A stretch of DNA of 64,000 nucleotides from Bacteroidales bacterium (GCA_038252165.1 JBBSAP010000002.1:51892-115891); one strand, 5' to 3'; counted from the first letter of the stretch, positions 36,594-47,291 are shown. Program-made: numbers and translations. Notes: generated from the letters alone by a model not told the origin.

Positions 36594-39500
36594 ATGAAAA
36601 GGTTTTTATTATTAATATTTGCCTGGCTTCTGATCTCATGCACCGAATTACCAAAATTCCGTCTTATGGATACAAGCCGTACAGGGATTGATTTTCAGAA
36701 TACAATCACTGAATCCGACAGCCTGAATGTTATAAATGAGGAATACATATTCAACGGAGCAGGAGTAGGAGCAGGGGATCTTAATAACGACGGACTGACT
36801 GATCTGGTCTTTGCCGGTAACCAGGTATCTTCAAAAATTTATCTAAATCTTGGTAACTTCAGGTTCAGGGATATTACTTCAGATTTCAAAGGTCTTGGTA
36901 GCGATCAGTGGTACAGCGGGGTAGCCCTTGCCGATGTTAACAACGACGGCTGGCTCGATGTCTATCTTACCTCAACAGCAGGCAGAGATAGGAAAAGATG
37001 CAAAAACAGGTTATGGATCAACGGAGGAAGTTACAATGGTACAGATCCGGTTTTTACAGAGATGGCTGAGGATTATGGGATTGACAATGAAGATCAATCG
37101 GTGGCAGCAGCATTTTTTGATTACGACCTCGACGGATACCTTGACCTGTATATTCTTAATAATGTGGTCAGTTCTTCAGTAAGTTCTTCTTACAGGCAAA
37201 AGATCATTGATGGCAGTGCAATTAATAATGATAAACTTTATCATAATAATGGTAACGGAACATTCTCTGATGTCACCGGGAAATCAGGTATTTTAATTGA
37301 AGGATTCGGAATGGGCCTTGCTATAAGTGATCTGAATAAAGATGGATACCCCGATATTTATATTTCAAACGATTTCCTTTCAAACGATCTGCTATATATT
37401 AACCAGCATGACGGAACCTTCCGGAATGAAATATCAAAATACATTTCGTACCAGTCTAAATCTTCGAAGGGGAATGATATAGCAGATATAAACAATGACG
37501 GCTGCCCGGAGATATTTACACTTGATATGATGCCTGAGGCATACTGGAGAAAAAAACAGACCATAAATGGTTTCAATTATCTGTATTACTGGGGAGATTT
37601 TGAAAACGGATTTGAACATCAGTACCAGAGGAATATGCTCCATCTCAATAACGGATTCCTTAACGGTGCCCTCCTTCCGTTCAGCGAAATCGGACAGTAT
37701 ATGGGAATATACCAGACCGACTGGAGCTGGTCTCCCCTGTTTGCTGATTATGATAATGACGGAGACAAAGATCTTCTGGTTACCAATGGATTTCCCCGGG
37801 ACATCAGGGATAAAGACTGGACAAGACTAAAAGTAAAGGCCGTCGGTTCGTTAGCTTCTGAAAAACTTGTGTCTGATATGGCGCCGGAACTTAAAATTCC
37901 TGATTATGCATTTGAAAACAAAGGAGACCTGAAGTTTGTTAAGAAAACTGACTGGCTTCCTGAAATACAATCTTTTTCATACGGTGCCACTTTTGCAGAC
38001 CTCGACAATGACGGCGACCTCGATTATATTGTCAGCAATTTGAACCACAAGCCATTTATATATAAAAACAATACAATAGAAAAGTCAAAGAAAAATGCCC
38101 GCTATCTTAATATCAGACTGAAAGGAACTGCATCCAATACTATGGCCATCGGAGCAAAGGTCGAAATATGGACAAAAGTTGGCTATCAGTATTATGAACA
38201 CTTTCTTTCCAGAGGGTATGCTTCTTCAGTCGATCCGGTGATTCACTTTGGTGTTTCGGATAATCTGGTCATTGACTCAATAAAAGTTACATGGCCCGGA
38301 GCAGGGAAAATCACTAAGCTTAATAATATACCTGTAAACCAGTCAATTGAAATCAGTGAAGAGAATTCTCTGCCTGCTGACCTGACTGTAAAGGGAACTG
38401 AAAATAATGATCAGATGTTTTCAATGATTGAAGATGCAGTGAATTATGTACATAATCAGGTCGATTTCAATGATTACAGTCTGAGCCAGAAAATTATCCC
38501 TCATAAATTTTCCCAGATAGGCCCTTGCATGGCCAGAGGAGACATAAACGGAGACGGTAAGGATGACATTGTAATCGGATCAACAAATCTGCTTCCAACA
38601 AAAGTATTTATCAGGAAAGGAAACAGGTTCGAAGAGACTTTTTTCGAAGGGCTGACTACAAAGAAAAACTTTTCTGAATCAGATCTGGCAATTATCGATA
38701 TTGACGGAGACGGTGATAATGATGTTGTTGCAGTGGCAGGAGCTTATGAAAACAACAATGAAAGTGAATTCACCCACTTTATTTATGAAAACAGGAATGG
38801 AGTATTTATAAGCAGTCCGCTCAATATACCTCCATTCCCGGCTTCTGTAGTGCGCCCATGCGACATTGACAGGGACGGAGATATCGACCTTTTTATTGGA
38901 TCGAGGGTAAAAAAAGGGATGTTTCCTTATGCCAGTCATTCCTGGATATTGATTAATAAAAATGGTACTTTTTCAGCTGACCCTTCTAACCGTCTGAACC
39001 TTGGCATGGTAACCGATGCAGTATGGACCGATTATGACAAAGATGGCTGGGACGACCTGATTGTTGCCAGGGAATGGAATTCACTGGCAATATTAAAGAA
39101 CAATAAAGGGAAAGAGATGGTTCCTCAAATATTACCTGAAATTGAATTAAAACATGGATTCTGGTATTCCCTGGCTTTAGGTGATTTTGATAATGACGGG
39201 GATTTGGATATAATAGCAGGGAACCTGGGAGAAAATCACAGATTTATGATCAGTGATAAATTTCCTCTGCGACTTTATGCAATAGACATTGACCCTGACG
39301 GTATTATAGATCCTTTAATGACAGGTTACTGGAAAGACCGTTATGGTAAAATGGCAGAGTATCCTGTTAACTATCTTGATGAGCTGTGGTCTCAGTCACC
39401 CCTGATCAGGGAGGTTTATAAAGATTACACAACTTTCAGCTATCTGAACTTCAATGAGATGTTCTCGGAACAAACAATGAAAAGGCTGGAATTCAGCCTC

Positions 39501-39896
39501 TATGTAAATACCGGTTCAAGCTATATCATCTGGAATGACAGAACATCTTTCAGATGGGAGAAGCTGCCCGCACAGGTTCAAATGTCACCGTTGAGAAGGG
39601 TCATTGTAAGGGATATTAACGGGGATAACCTGAAGGATATCCTTGCAGCAGGAAATGATTATACCTGGGATCTTGCAACTGGTTTCTTTGACTCATCCAA
39701 AGGCCTGGTGCTTTTGAATAACGGGAAGAAGACAGAAATGGATGCCCGGCCGGCATTTAAAGTTGTCGAACCCCCGCAAAGCGGATTTGTAATCCAGGGC
39801 ATGGTTGAGTCACTGTTATGGTTTGATGGTGATACTTCACTGCTGGTTGCCGGAATCAACAGAAAAAAAGCAGTTGTATTTGCCCATCCAAAATGA
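36594..39896 (+). CDS. Large VCBS/FG-GAP-repeat plus ASPIC/UnbV lipoprotein (CRTAC1-related), copy 1
   Basis: About 1100 aa. Lipobox LLISC; blades such as GDLNNDGLTDLVF, ADVNNDGWLDVYL, DYDNDGDKDLLV; central UnbV block YLNIRLKGTASNTMAIGAKVEIW...FLSRGYASSVDPVIHFGVS...IKVTWPGAG; then a second VCBS half. Confidence 0.88.
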   Translation: MKRFLLLIFAWLLISCTELPKFRLMDTSRTGIDFQNTITESDSLNVINEEYIFNGAGVGAGDLNNDGLTDLVFAGNQVSSKIYLNLGNFRFRDITSDFKGLGSDQWYSGVALADVNNDGWLDVYLTSTAGRDRKRCKNRLWINGGSYNGTDPVFTEMAEDYGIDNEDQSVAAAFFDYDLDGYLDLYILNNVVSSSVSSSYRQKIIDGSAINNDKLYHNNGNGTFSDVTGKSGILIEGFGMGLAISDLNKDGYPDIYISNDFLSNDLLYINQHDGTFRNEISKYISYQSKSSKGNDIADINNDGCPEIFTLDMMPEAYWRKKQTINGFNYLYYWGDFENGFEHQYQRNMLHLNNGFLNGALLPFSEIGQYMGIYQTDWSWSPLFADYDNDGDKDLLVTNGFPRDIRDKDWTRLKVKAVGSLASEKLVSDMAPELKIPDYAFENKGDLKFVKKTDWLPEIQSFSYGATFADLDNDGDLDYIVSNLNHKPFIYKNNTIEKSKKNARYLNIRLKGTASNTMAIGAKVEIWTKVGYQYYEHFLSRGYASSVDPVIHFGVSDNLVIDSIKVTWPGAGKITKLNNIPVNQSIEISEENSLPADLTVKGTENNDQMFSMIEDAVNYVHNQVDFNDYSLSQKIIPHKFSQIGPCMARGDINGDGKDDIVIGSTNLLPTKVFIRKGNRFEETFFEGLTTKKNFSESDLAIIDIDGDGDNDVVAVAGAYENNNESEFTHFIYENRNGVFISSPLNIPPFPASVVRPCDIDRDGDIDLFIGSRVKKGMFPYASHSWILINKNGTFSADPSNRLNLGMVTDAVWTDYDKDGWDDLIVAREWNSLAILKNNKGKEMVPQILPEIELKHGFWYSLALGDFDNDGDLDIIAGNLGENHRFMISDKFPLRLYAIDIDPDGIIDPLMTGYWKDRYGKMAEYPVNYLDELWSQSPLIREVYKDYTTFSYLNFNEMFSEQTMKRLEFSLYVNTGSSYIIWNDRTSFRWEKLPAQVQMSPLRRVIVRDINGDNLKDILAAGNDYTWDLATGFFDSSKGLVLLNNGKKTEMDARPAFKVVEPPQSGFVIQGMVESLLWFDGDTSLLVAGINRKKAVVFAHPK

Positions 39897-40010
39897 TTTA
39901 TTGTATGGCATGGGTTTTGAGCCTTTGAGTTTGTAAATAGACTGATAATATTTAATTCCAGGTGCGAAACACTAATTTTTTAAAACCTGATTACCAAAAA
40001 CAACATTCCA

Positions 40011-40673
40011 ATGGATTTAAAAAAGTCAATCCTCTTTATAACGTTATCATTATTTGCCGGATTAACAGGTTTGCATGCTCAGACAGTGAAAGACGCTGAC
40101 GGCAATCTCTACCTTACCGTTAAGATAGGCAGGCAGGAATGGATAGCTGAAAACTTAAAAACCACAAAGTTCAACGACGGCAAACAAATTGCTCTCGTGA
40201 AAGATGAAAAGCAATGGAAGGCTCTCGGAACACCAGGTTACTGTCTCTTTAATAACGATCTTTCAAATAAGGAAGAATACGGGGCTTTATATAACTGGTA
40301 TGCCGTAAACACAAAAAAGTTGTGTCCGAAAGGTTGGCATGTCCCGACTGATGAGGAATGGAGGACAATGGTTGCCTTTCTGGGGGATAAAAATACAGCT
40401 GCCAATAAACTGAAAGAATCTGGAACCGATCACTGGAAAAACGCTCTTGTTGTTACTACAAACGATTATGATTTTTCAGCTCTCCCGGGAGGTACACGGC
40501 TCTATTCGGGTTCTTTTCCCGAATTTGGTAACTCATATGCAGTATGGTGGACATCTTCAGAATTCAGTTCACTGGCAGCTTATAACTGGGGATTGCATAA
40601 TTCGACCAGCAGGGTATTCAACGGATACGACAATAAGCAGTGCGGGTTTTCCGTCAGATGCATAATGGATTAA
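40011..40673 (+). CDS. FISUMP-domain protein (Fibrobacter succinogenes major paralogous domain, TIGR02145-like)
   Basis: 220 aa. Signal, then DADGNLYLTVKIGRQEWIAENL...YGALYNWYAV...LCPKGWHVPTDEEW...FSALPGGTR...WWTSSE...GFSVRCI. Confidence 0.85.
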   Translation: MDLKKSILFITLSLFAGLTGLHAQTVKDADGNLYLTVKIGRQEWIAENLKTTKFNDGKQIALVKDEKQWKALGTPGYCLFNNDLSNKEEYGALYNWYAVNTKKLCPKGWHVPTDEEWRTMVAFLGDKNTAANKLKESGTDHWKNALVVTTNDYDFSALPGGTRLYSGSFPEFGNSYAVWWTSSEFSSLAAYNWGLHNSTSRVFNGYDNKQCGFSVRCIMD

Positions 40674-40786
40674 TTGTTCATATTTTTTTATTTTTATTCC
40701 CTTCTCCCGGTGGAGACGGGTGAACGGTGCAGGGATAGGGCAAAACAGACTTATTAAATGAAGTGATTATTTATATTACTCAATAT

Positions 40787-43700
40787 ATGAAAAAACTACT
40801 GCTTCTCTTTTATTCTGTTCTCCTTATTTCATGCCATCAATCGCCTAAATTCGAGTTACTCAAATCCACACAGACCGGAGTCGATTTCAGCAACGACATA
40901 ACCGAATCAGACAGCTTCAATGTTATGACCTATGAATACATATACAATGGTGCCGGATTGGGTATTGCAGACCTGAATAATGACGGATACTCCGATATCG
41001 TTTTTGCAGGGAACCAGGTATCTCCCAGAATATATCTCAACCTTGGAAATTTCAGATTCAGAGATATCACCTCAAATTTTGAAGGTCTTACAAATAATCA
41101 GTGGTTCAGTGGTGTGGCAATAGTTGATATCAATAGCGACGGCCTGCAGGATGTATATATTACATCGACAAAGGATTCAATTCCGGAAAGGTGTAAAAAT
41201 CGTCTTTGGATCAACATGGGGATAAGGGAAAACAATGAGCCATGGTTCAGGGAAAAGGCTGAAGAATACGGGATAGCTTATAACGGACTGTCAGTTCAAT
41301 CGGCATTTTTAGATTATGATCTTGACGGTGACCTCGACCTTTATATTTTAAACAATACTGTTAATTCAAGGATGAATACTGCATACCGCAAAAAAGTTAC
41401 CGACGGCAGTGCACTTAATAATGACAGGCTCTTCAGGAATAACGGCAATAATACATTTACTGATGTGACCGTTGAGGCTGGAATAGTTTACGAAGGATTC
41501 GGGCTTGGTATCGCCGTTGGCGATGTAAATAAGGATGGATGGCCAGATATTTATATTTCCAACGACTTTATTTCCAACGATCTCCTCTACATCAACCAGC
41601 GCAACGGAACATTCAAAAATGAGATTAGAAAATTCCTGTCATATCAGACTAAATCATCAATGGGCAATGATATGGCCGATGTCAATAATGATGGTTATCC
41701 CGACATGTTTACCCTCGATATGCTTCCCGAACACTATTTCAAGAAACGCCAGACCATTGCCGGGTTCAGCTATATGTTTTATGTTCTCGACGAGGAATTC
41801 AATTTTGAACATCAGTATTTAAGGAATATGCTCCATATACATAACGGATTCATCAACGGCGAAATGCTTCCTTTCAGCGAGGTTGGCCAGATGAGTGGTA
41901 ATATCTTTGATACCGAATGGAGCTGGTCGCCTCTTTTTGCCGATTATGATAACGACGGAGACAAAGACCTTATTGTTGCAAATGGTTATCCCAAAGATCT
42001 TACCGACAAGGACTGGACCAGATATAAGGTCGCAGTCTATGGATATGTTGCTGATGAAGATCATGTAATCGGTATGGCTCCCTCAATCAAGGTCAATAAT
42101 ATGGCATTTGAGAACACTAATCTTTCAAATTTTGAGAAAACGAAAGACTGGCTTCCTGATGTGCCTTCTTATTCCTACGGAGCTTCATTTGTCGATCTTG
42201 ATAATGATGGAGACCTCGATTATGTTTCAAATAATCTGAATGATAAAGCATTCATTCTTCGGAATAAAAGTGTTGAAAAATCAGGAAAAAAAGCAGGATA
42301 TCTCAGGATAAAGTTAAAAGGCAAGGAAGGAAATACAATGGCTCTGGGTGCAAAGGCAGAAATATGGTGCAACGGTAAATACCAGTTCAATGAACATTTT
42401 CTGAGCAGGGGATATGCTTCATCTGTCGATCCTATCATCCATTTCGGTATTGGTGAGAGTAAAATAATTGATTCTTTGAAGATTGCATGGCCCTCAACAG
42501 GCAATGTCACTGTGCTTAAGAATATTAATGGAGGTCAGACTATAGAAATAGAAGAGACAAATTCGTCACCTTCAAAACAACCCTTAATTAAAGCGCTGAA
42601 TAGCGAGCTTCTGTTTCAAAAATGCGACAGCGTCATTAAATATAAACACGAACAGACCGATTTTCCCGACTTTTACCTCGATCAGAACATAATACCGCAT
42701 AAGTTTTCGCAGATCGGGCCAAAAATGGCCAGAGGTGACATAAATGGAGATGGACAGGATGATATTATAATCGGCTCGACAAACCTCCTGCCGACGAAAG
42801 TCTTTTTACGGAAAGGAAAAAGGTTTGAGGAAGCTTTCTTTGAAGGCCTGACAACAAGAAAGAATTTTTCTGAGTCAGATCTGGCAGTTTTCGACATCGA
42901 CGGAGATGGGGATAATGATATTATTGCCGTTGCCGGAGGATACGAGAATCAGGATGAGAACGAATACCGTCATTATCTCTATAGGAATGAAAATGGTTCA
43001 TTTAAAAGAATCGAACTTCCTGTTCCTCCATTTCCGGCTTCGGTTGTAAAGCCATTTGATTTCGATCATGACGGAGATATCGATCTGTTTATAGGATCAA
43101 GAGTGAAAAAAGGAAACTTTCCACATTCAGATCCTTCCTGGCTTGTTTTAAATGAGAAAGGAGATCTTTCGGCAAAGCCTCCCCTGAAGCTCGACCTGGG
43201 AATGGTGACTGACGCAGTTTGGAGCGATTACGATAAGGATGGATGGGAAGACCTGATGGTGGCCAGGGAATGGAATTCCATTGCTGCATTGAAAAACATG
43301 AAAGGGAAGAATATTATTCAGCAGAATATCAAAGGATTTGAAAATTATCACGGTTTCTGGTATTCAATTATTTCAGGTGATTTTGACAACGATGGCGACG
43401 ATGACTATATAGCCGGAAACCTTGGAGAAAATCACAGGTTTACCGTAACTGATAAATATCCGTTAAGCCTCTATTCGATCGACCTTGATATGGACGGAGT
43501 TATTGATCCTCTTTCAACTGCATACTGGGAGGACAAAAATGGAAAAATGACCGAATATCCGATAAATTATCTTGACGAGCTTATTGAACAGTCAAATCTG
43601 TTCCGGAAACTATTTAATGATTATAAATCATTCAGTTATGCCAGTATAAACGATATGATTGATGAGAGTATTTTAAAACGTCTTGAGTTTAAGCTCCGGG

Positions 43701-44083
43701 TTAACACCACGTCAAGCTACATTATCTGGAATGAAAACGGCAATATGAAATGGGAAGTGCTTCCATTGGATTTCCAGGTCGCACCCTTGAAGAAAATGAT
43801 TGTAAAAGATCTGAATAATGATAATTATCCGGATATCATAGCGGGAGGGAATGATTATACCTATGATATCTCAACCGGATATTATGATGCTCTTAAAGGA
43901 ATTGTGCTTTTAAGCAGCGGGAAACGGCAGTATGATGCAGTTAAGCCTGCAGAAAGCGGACTTCTGCTTCGGGGAATGGTTGAGTCACTTCTTTATTTTG
44001 AAGGCGATATGCCGCTGATAGTGGCAGGGATGAACCGGGGAGAGGCTGTGGTCTATTTGATCCGCTCTAATTCACCGGAATGA
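40787..44083 (+). CDS. Large VCBS/FG-GAP-repeat plus ASPIC/UnbV lipoprotein, copy 2 (paralog of 36594..39896)
   Basis: Colinear with copy 1 and roughly two-thirds identical by eye (e.g. IYLNLGNFRFRDITS and NRLWIN are identical in both). Lipobox LLISC. The ATG is at 40787; the track start at 40763 is a GTG. Confidence 0.88.
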   Translation: MKKLLLLFYSVLLISCHQSPKFELLKSTQTGVDFSNDITESDSFNVMTYEYIYNGAGLGIADLNNDGYSDIVFAGNQVSPRIYLNLGNFRFRDITSNFEGLTNNQWFSGVAIVDINSDGLQDVYITSTKDSIPERCKNRLWINMGIRENNEPWFREKAEEYGIAYNGLSVQSAFLDYDLDGDLDLYILNNTVNSRMNTAYRKKVTDGSALNNDRLFRNNGNNTFTDVTVEAGIVYEGFGLGIAVGDVNKDGWPDIYISNDFISNDLLYINQRNGTFKNEIRKFLSYQTKSSMGNDMADVNNDGYPDMFTLDMLPEHYFKKRQTIAGFSYMFYVLDEEFNFEHQYLRNMLHIHNGFINGEMLPFSEVGQMSGNIFDTEWSWSPLFADYDNDGDKDLIVANGYPKDLTDKDWTRYKVAVYGYVADEDHVIGMAPSIKVNNMAFENTNLSNFEKTKDWLPDVPSYSYGASFVDLDNDGDLDYVSNNLNDKAFILRNKSVEKSGKKAGYLRIKLKGKEGNTMALGAKAEIWCNGKYQFNEHFLSRGYASSVDPIIHFGIGESKIIDSLKIAWPSTGNVTVLKNINGGQTIEIEETNSSPSKQPLIKALNSELLFQKCDSVIKYKHEQTDFPDFYLDQNIIPHKFSQIGPKMARGDINGDGQDDIIIGSTNLLPTKVFLRKGKRFEEAFFEGLTTRKNFSESDLAVFDIDGDGDNDIIAVAGGYENQDENEYRHYLYRNENGSFKRIELPVPPFPASVVKPFDFDHDGDIDLFIGSRVKKGNFPHSDPSWLVLNEKGDLSAKPPLKLDLGMVTDAVWSDYDKDGWEDLMVAREWNSIAALKNMKGKNIIQQNIKGFENYHGFWYSIISGDFDNDGDDDYIAGNLGENHRFTVTDKYPLSLYSIDLDMDGVIDPLSTAYWEDKNGKMTEYPINYLDELIEQSNLFRKLFNDYKSFSYASINDMIDESILKRLEFKLRVNTTSSYIIWNENGNMKWEVLPLDFQVAPLKKMIVKDLNNDNYPDIIAGGNDYTYDISTGYYDALKGIVLLSSGKRQYDAVKPAESGLLLRGMVESLLYFEGDMPLIVAGMNRGEAVVYLIRSNSPE

Positions 44084-44574
44084 TACTGATATTTAACGAC
44101 TTCCCAGCATGATGAGCAGTTAAAGAGAGGAGTATCCCTTGTGTGTTCCGGAACATCTGCAGTTATTATCCTGTCCTTAAGACTAATGATCCTCATATCC
44201 GATTCGATGGCTGCCACCATCATGAAATCCTTTTCCCTGCCAAGAATGATCAGCTGCTCACTAATTGTCTGAAAATCACCCTGAAAAGTCTTAACAGTAA
44301 CAATCGCATCATTTTTTTGATCATCATCAATCTGGCCTGTGAATATCAGCGAGGGATCAATTACAAAAGATTTTTGTCCTTCTTTAATGATAATGGTATT
44401 ATTCTCCGAATCAGTTTTATGAGGATTAGCAAGCCGGCTCATAATATGTTTCTCAGCAACCACGATGACCTTTTTCCTCGTCCTTCTTTCTGATGCATCA
44501 CCAGTGGTTACTGAATTCTTTGAACAGGATCCCGTCAATACCACAATTGCAAGAAAAAGGCAAAATGTCCTCAT
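44053..44574 (-). CDS. Hypothetical lipoprotein
   Basis: MRTFCLFLAIVVLTGSC lipobox with no family recognised. Its 3' end overlaps the convergent VCBS gene by 31 nt. Confidence 0.5.
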   Translation of the reverse strand: MRTFCLFLAIVVLTGSCSKNSVTTGDASERRTRKKVIVVAEKHIMSRLANPHKTDSENNTIIIKEGQKSFVIDPSLIFTGQIDDDQKNDAIVTVKTFQGDFQTISEQLIILGREKDFMMVAAIESDMRIISLKDRIITADVPEHTRDTPLFNCSSCWEVVKYQYHSGELERIK

Positions 44575-44738
44575 ATAAATAATATTAAAGATTACCAAAA
44601 ATATTACAAAAAAGTGATTTTAAAAACCTGTATATAATATGTAGTTGATTTTAGCAGAAAGAAGATGTAACTTTGGCCTTAAGTTTGTTTTAATAGGTAA
44701 TATGCTGAAAAACCGAAAGCATAAATAATATTAATAAA

Positions 44739-45446
44739 ATGAAAATAAAAATATTTCTTTTGATTCTGCTGTCTCCTCTTTTTTTAGCTACTATCACAGC
44801 TCAAAAAACCAGTAATAAGATCACTATTACCGGAACAGTATTTGATGTGAGTGGAACTCCACTAATGAATGCAATGATTCTGGTCGATGGTGTAAAAAGC
44901 AGTTCCCTGACAGATTCACAGGGAAGGTATAAGATCAAAGTCAAACGGGATGCAAAAATGATTGGAATATTATCCTTCGGCTCAGGTATGGTGGAAGAAG
45001 CTATAGACGGCCGGACTGAAATTAATTTCAAATTCAGTAAGTCAGGACTTGAACAGCCAAATAGCAGTACCAGTGCATCAGGTGACGGAGGCTTTAATAC
45101 CGGGTATAATTATGTGAAACAGAAGAACACAACTACTCCGGTAGATAAGATAGATGGGACAAATAAAAAATATGCCTCATATAGAACAGTTTCAGAAATG
45201 ATCCTCAGGGAAACATCCGGAGTAAAACTAACTACAAGTGGTTATATTATACTGGATTCCAAGGATTTCTTTGGAAGTGTTCCTGCTCTGCTGGTAGTTG
45301 ACGGAGTTTATGTTGATAGTTTTGATGGAATTACACCTTCAACAGTCGAATCAATATCGGTTCTTAAAGGCTCTTCAGCTGCAATTTATGGTTCAAGAGG
45401 TTATGGAGGAGCAATCGTTATCACTACCAAAAAGCAGAACAAATAG
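44739..45446 (+). CDS. Stand-alone CarboxypepD_reg plus TonB-plug-like protein (no beta-barrel)
   Basis: 235 aa. Signal; ITITGTVFDVSGTPLMNAMILVDG...GRYKIKV; C-terminal plug-like VESISVLKGSSAAIYGSRGYGGAIVITTKK, then a stop. Confidence 0.7.
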   Translation: MKIKIFLLILLSPLFLATITAQKTSNKITITGTVFDVSGTPLMNAMILVDGVKSSSLTDSQGRYKIKVKRDAKMIGILSFGSGMVEEAIDGRTEINFKFSKSGLEQPNSSTSASGDGGFNTGYNYVKQKNTTTPVDKIDGTNKKYASYRTVSEMILRETSGVKLTTSGYIILDSKDFFGSVPALLVVDGVYVDSFDGITPSTVESISVLKGSSAAIYGSRGYGGAIVITTKKQNK

Positions 45447-45601
45447 AAGTATTTGTCTCACACGGTTCCTGGCATGACATAAGTTTGGGTGCAGGAGATC
45501 ATTATTGCCCGATCGCTTCTGCGGTTAAAAAACTCATCAAGGTTTAAAATTATATTCTACCTTTAAAGCATCAGAAGTTAACAGAGCTGTATATTGTCAG
45601 T

Positions 45602-47176
45602 ATGGAACGAGAAAGGAAGATAAGCGTATTATTTGTTTTTTTATTAGGGATACTCTTATGTACCGGCTGCAACAAGGAATCCGGAATGGATATTGTGAAA
45701 ACTGAAAGTAAGCCTCAGATCGAACCGGATTACATTGATGTGACCATACCTCCCAATATTGCTCCGATGAATTTTAAGATCATAGAAGAGGGGAAACATT
45801 TTAAAGTTACAGCCACATCAGGCACAAACGGGTCCGGAATAACATTAAAATCATCAGACGGGAACATATGTTTTCCTGAAAAATCGTGGAGAAAACTTAT
45901 TAAGGAATGTAAGGGTAATAAAGTTGTGATTCAGGTGTATTCTTCCGATGGAAAGAAGGTCATAAAAAAGTATGAGCCATTCAATATGCTTGTTGCTGAT
46001 GAGCCGGTTGATCCTTACCTGGCTTACAGATTAATATATCCGGGGTACTACAATTGGTCGAATATCAGAATTATGCAGAGATCGATCGAAAGCTTCAGCG
46101 AAGAACCGGTTATCGATAACCGGATACTTGATATGAATTGTGCCAACTGCCACGCTTTCAACCAGTACAATCCCGATAAATTCATGGTTCACATCAGAGG
46201 ATCCCATGGCGGCACCTATTTTGCCGACAATGGAAGGATTACAAGGAGAGAGCCTAAAATTGATGCTATGCCTGGCGGGGCAACATACCCCGCATGGCAT
46301 CCAGGGGGTAAATTTGTAGCCTACTCATCCAACCAGGTAAGACAGGGTTTCTATGCCCGTCCTGAAAAAGTCATTGAAGTATTTGACCTGGTTTCCACCA
46401 TAGTTTTATTTGATCTGGAGAACAATGAAACAACTCTTGTCAGGCAGCGTGATACTACAAAATATCTTCAAACATTTCCTTCCTGGTCGCCGGATGGGAA
46501 ATACCTCTACTACTGCAGAGCCATTCAGAGCAATACCGAGACAAGCATGACCCTTGAAGAGATAAAAACAACAAAATATGATATTGTTAGAGTGCCATTT
46601 GATCCGGAATCAAAAATATTTGGTGAGGCAGAAATGGTTTTCAACGCTTCTGAAAGAAACAAGAGCGCTTCGTTTCCAAGGATTTCACCCGACGGCAACT
46701 ACCTTGTTCTGACACTTGCAGATTACGGGACTTTCCCGATATGGCACAGGGAAGCCGATTTATATATAGTTGATCTCAGAAACGGAGAGAGTAAGAAAAT
46801 GAATCTGAACAGTAACGATAATGAGAGCTATCACTCATGGTCGTCCAATGGAAAGTGGCTGGTTTTCAGCAGTAAAAGAACTGACGGCAGAAGCACCAGA
46901 CCATTCTTTGCATATTTTAGTTCATGGGACAGTACAGGAAAACCTTTTATCCTGCCGCAAAAAGATCCCACATATTACGACAAATTGATGGAATCGTTTA
47001 ATATACCGGAGTTTATCAAAGGGAGGATCAGGTTCAATCCGCATGACTTTGCATCGGCAGTGAAAGGTGAATTAATTAAAGCTAAGCCCGGAAATCCCCG
47101 GGATTCATTGCTGCAATGGGAGAAACAAAAGATAAATGTCAAACGGAACCCGGGTGAGATGTCGATACATGAATAA
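45602..47176 (+). CDS. Lipoprotein with a CXXCH haem-c motif and TolB/PD40-like beta-propeller repeats
   Basis: 524 aa. Lipobox LLCTGC; NCANCHAF; PD40-like SWSPDGKYLYY, ISPDGNYLVL, SWSSNGKWLVFSSKRTDG. Confidence 0.65.
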   Translation: MERERKISVLFVFLLGILLCTGCNKESGMDIVKTESKPQIEPDYIDVTIPPNIAPMNFKIIEEGKHFKVTATSGTNGSGITLKSSDGNICFPEKSWRKLIKECKGNKVVIQVYSSDGKKVIKKYEPFNMLVADEPVDPYLAYRLIYPGYYNWSNIRIMQRSIESFSEEPVIDNRILDMNCANCHAFNQYNPDKFMVHIRGSHGGTYFADNGRITRREPKIDAMPGGATYPAWHPGGKFVAYSSNQVRQGFYARPEKVIEVFDLVSTIVLFDLENNETTLVRQRDTTKYLQTFPSWSPDGKYLYYCRAIQSNTETSMTLEEIKTTKYDIVRVPFDPESKIFGEAEMVFNASERNKSASFPRISPDGNYLVLTLADYGTFPIWHREADLYIVDLRNGESKKMNLNSNDNESYHSWSSNGKWLVFSSKRTDGRSTRPFFAYFSSWDSTGKPFILPQKDPTYYDKLMESFNIPEFIKGRIRFNPHDFASAVKGELIKAKPGNPRDSLLQWEKQKINVKRNPGEMSIHE

Positions 47177-47214
47177 TTTATAGCAAGTTGATATTAAATT
47201 ATTTATATTATTTA

Positions 47215-47291
47215 TTACCCCCTTCCTAACCTTCCCCCACGGGGGAAGGAACTAATCATTTCCCCCTTGGGGGAAATAAGAAAGGGGGTAA
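47215..47291. repeat. G5/C5 multi-hairpin element, type A (second copy)
   Basis: Outer stem ttaccccctt (47215-47224) pairs with aagggggtaa (47282-47291). It encloses ccttccccc-acg-ggggaagg and atttccccc-ttg-ggggaaat. Confidence 0.85.
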
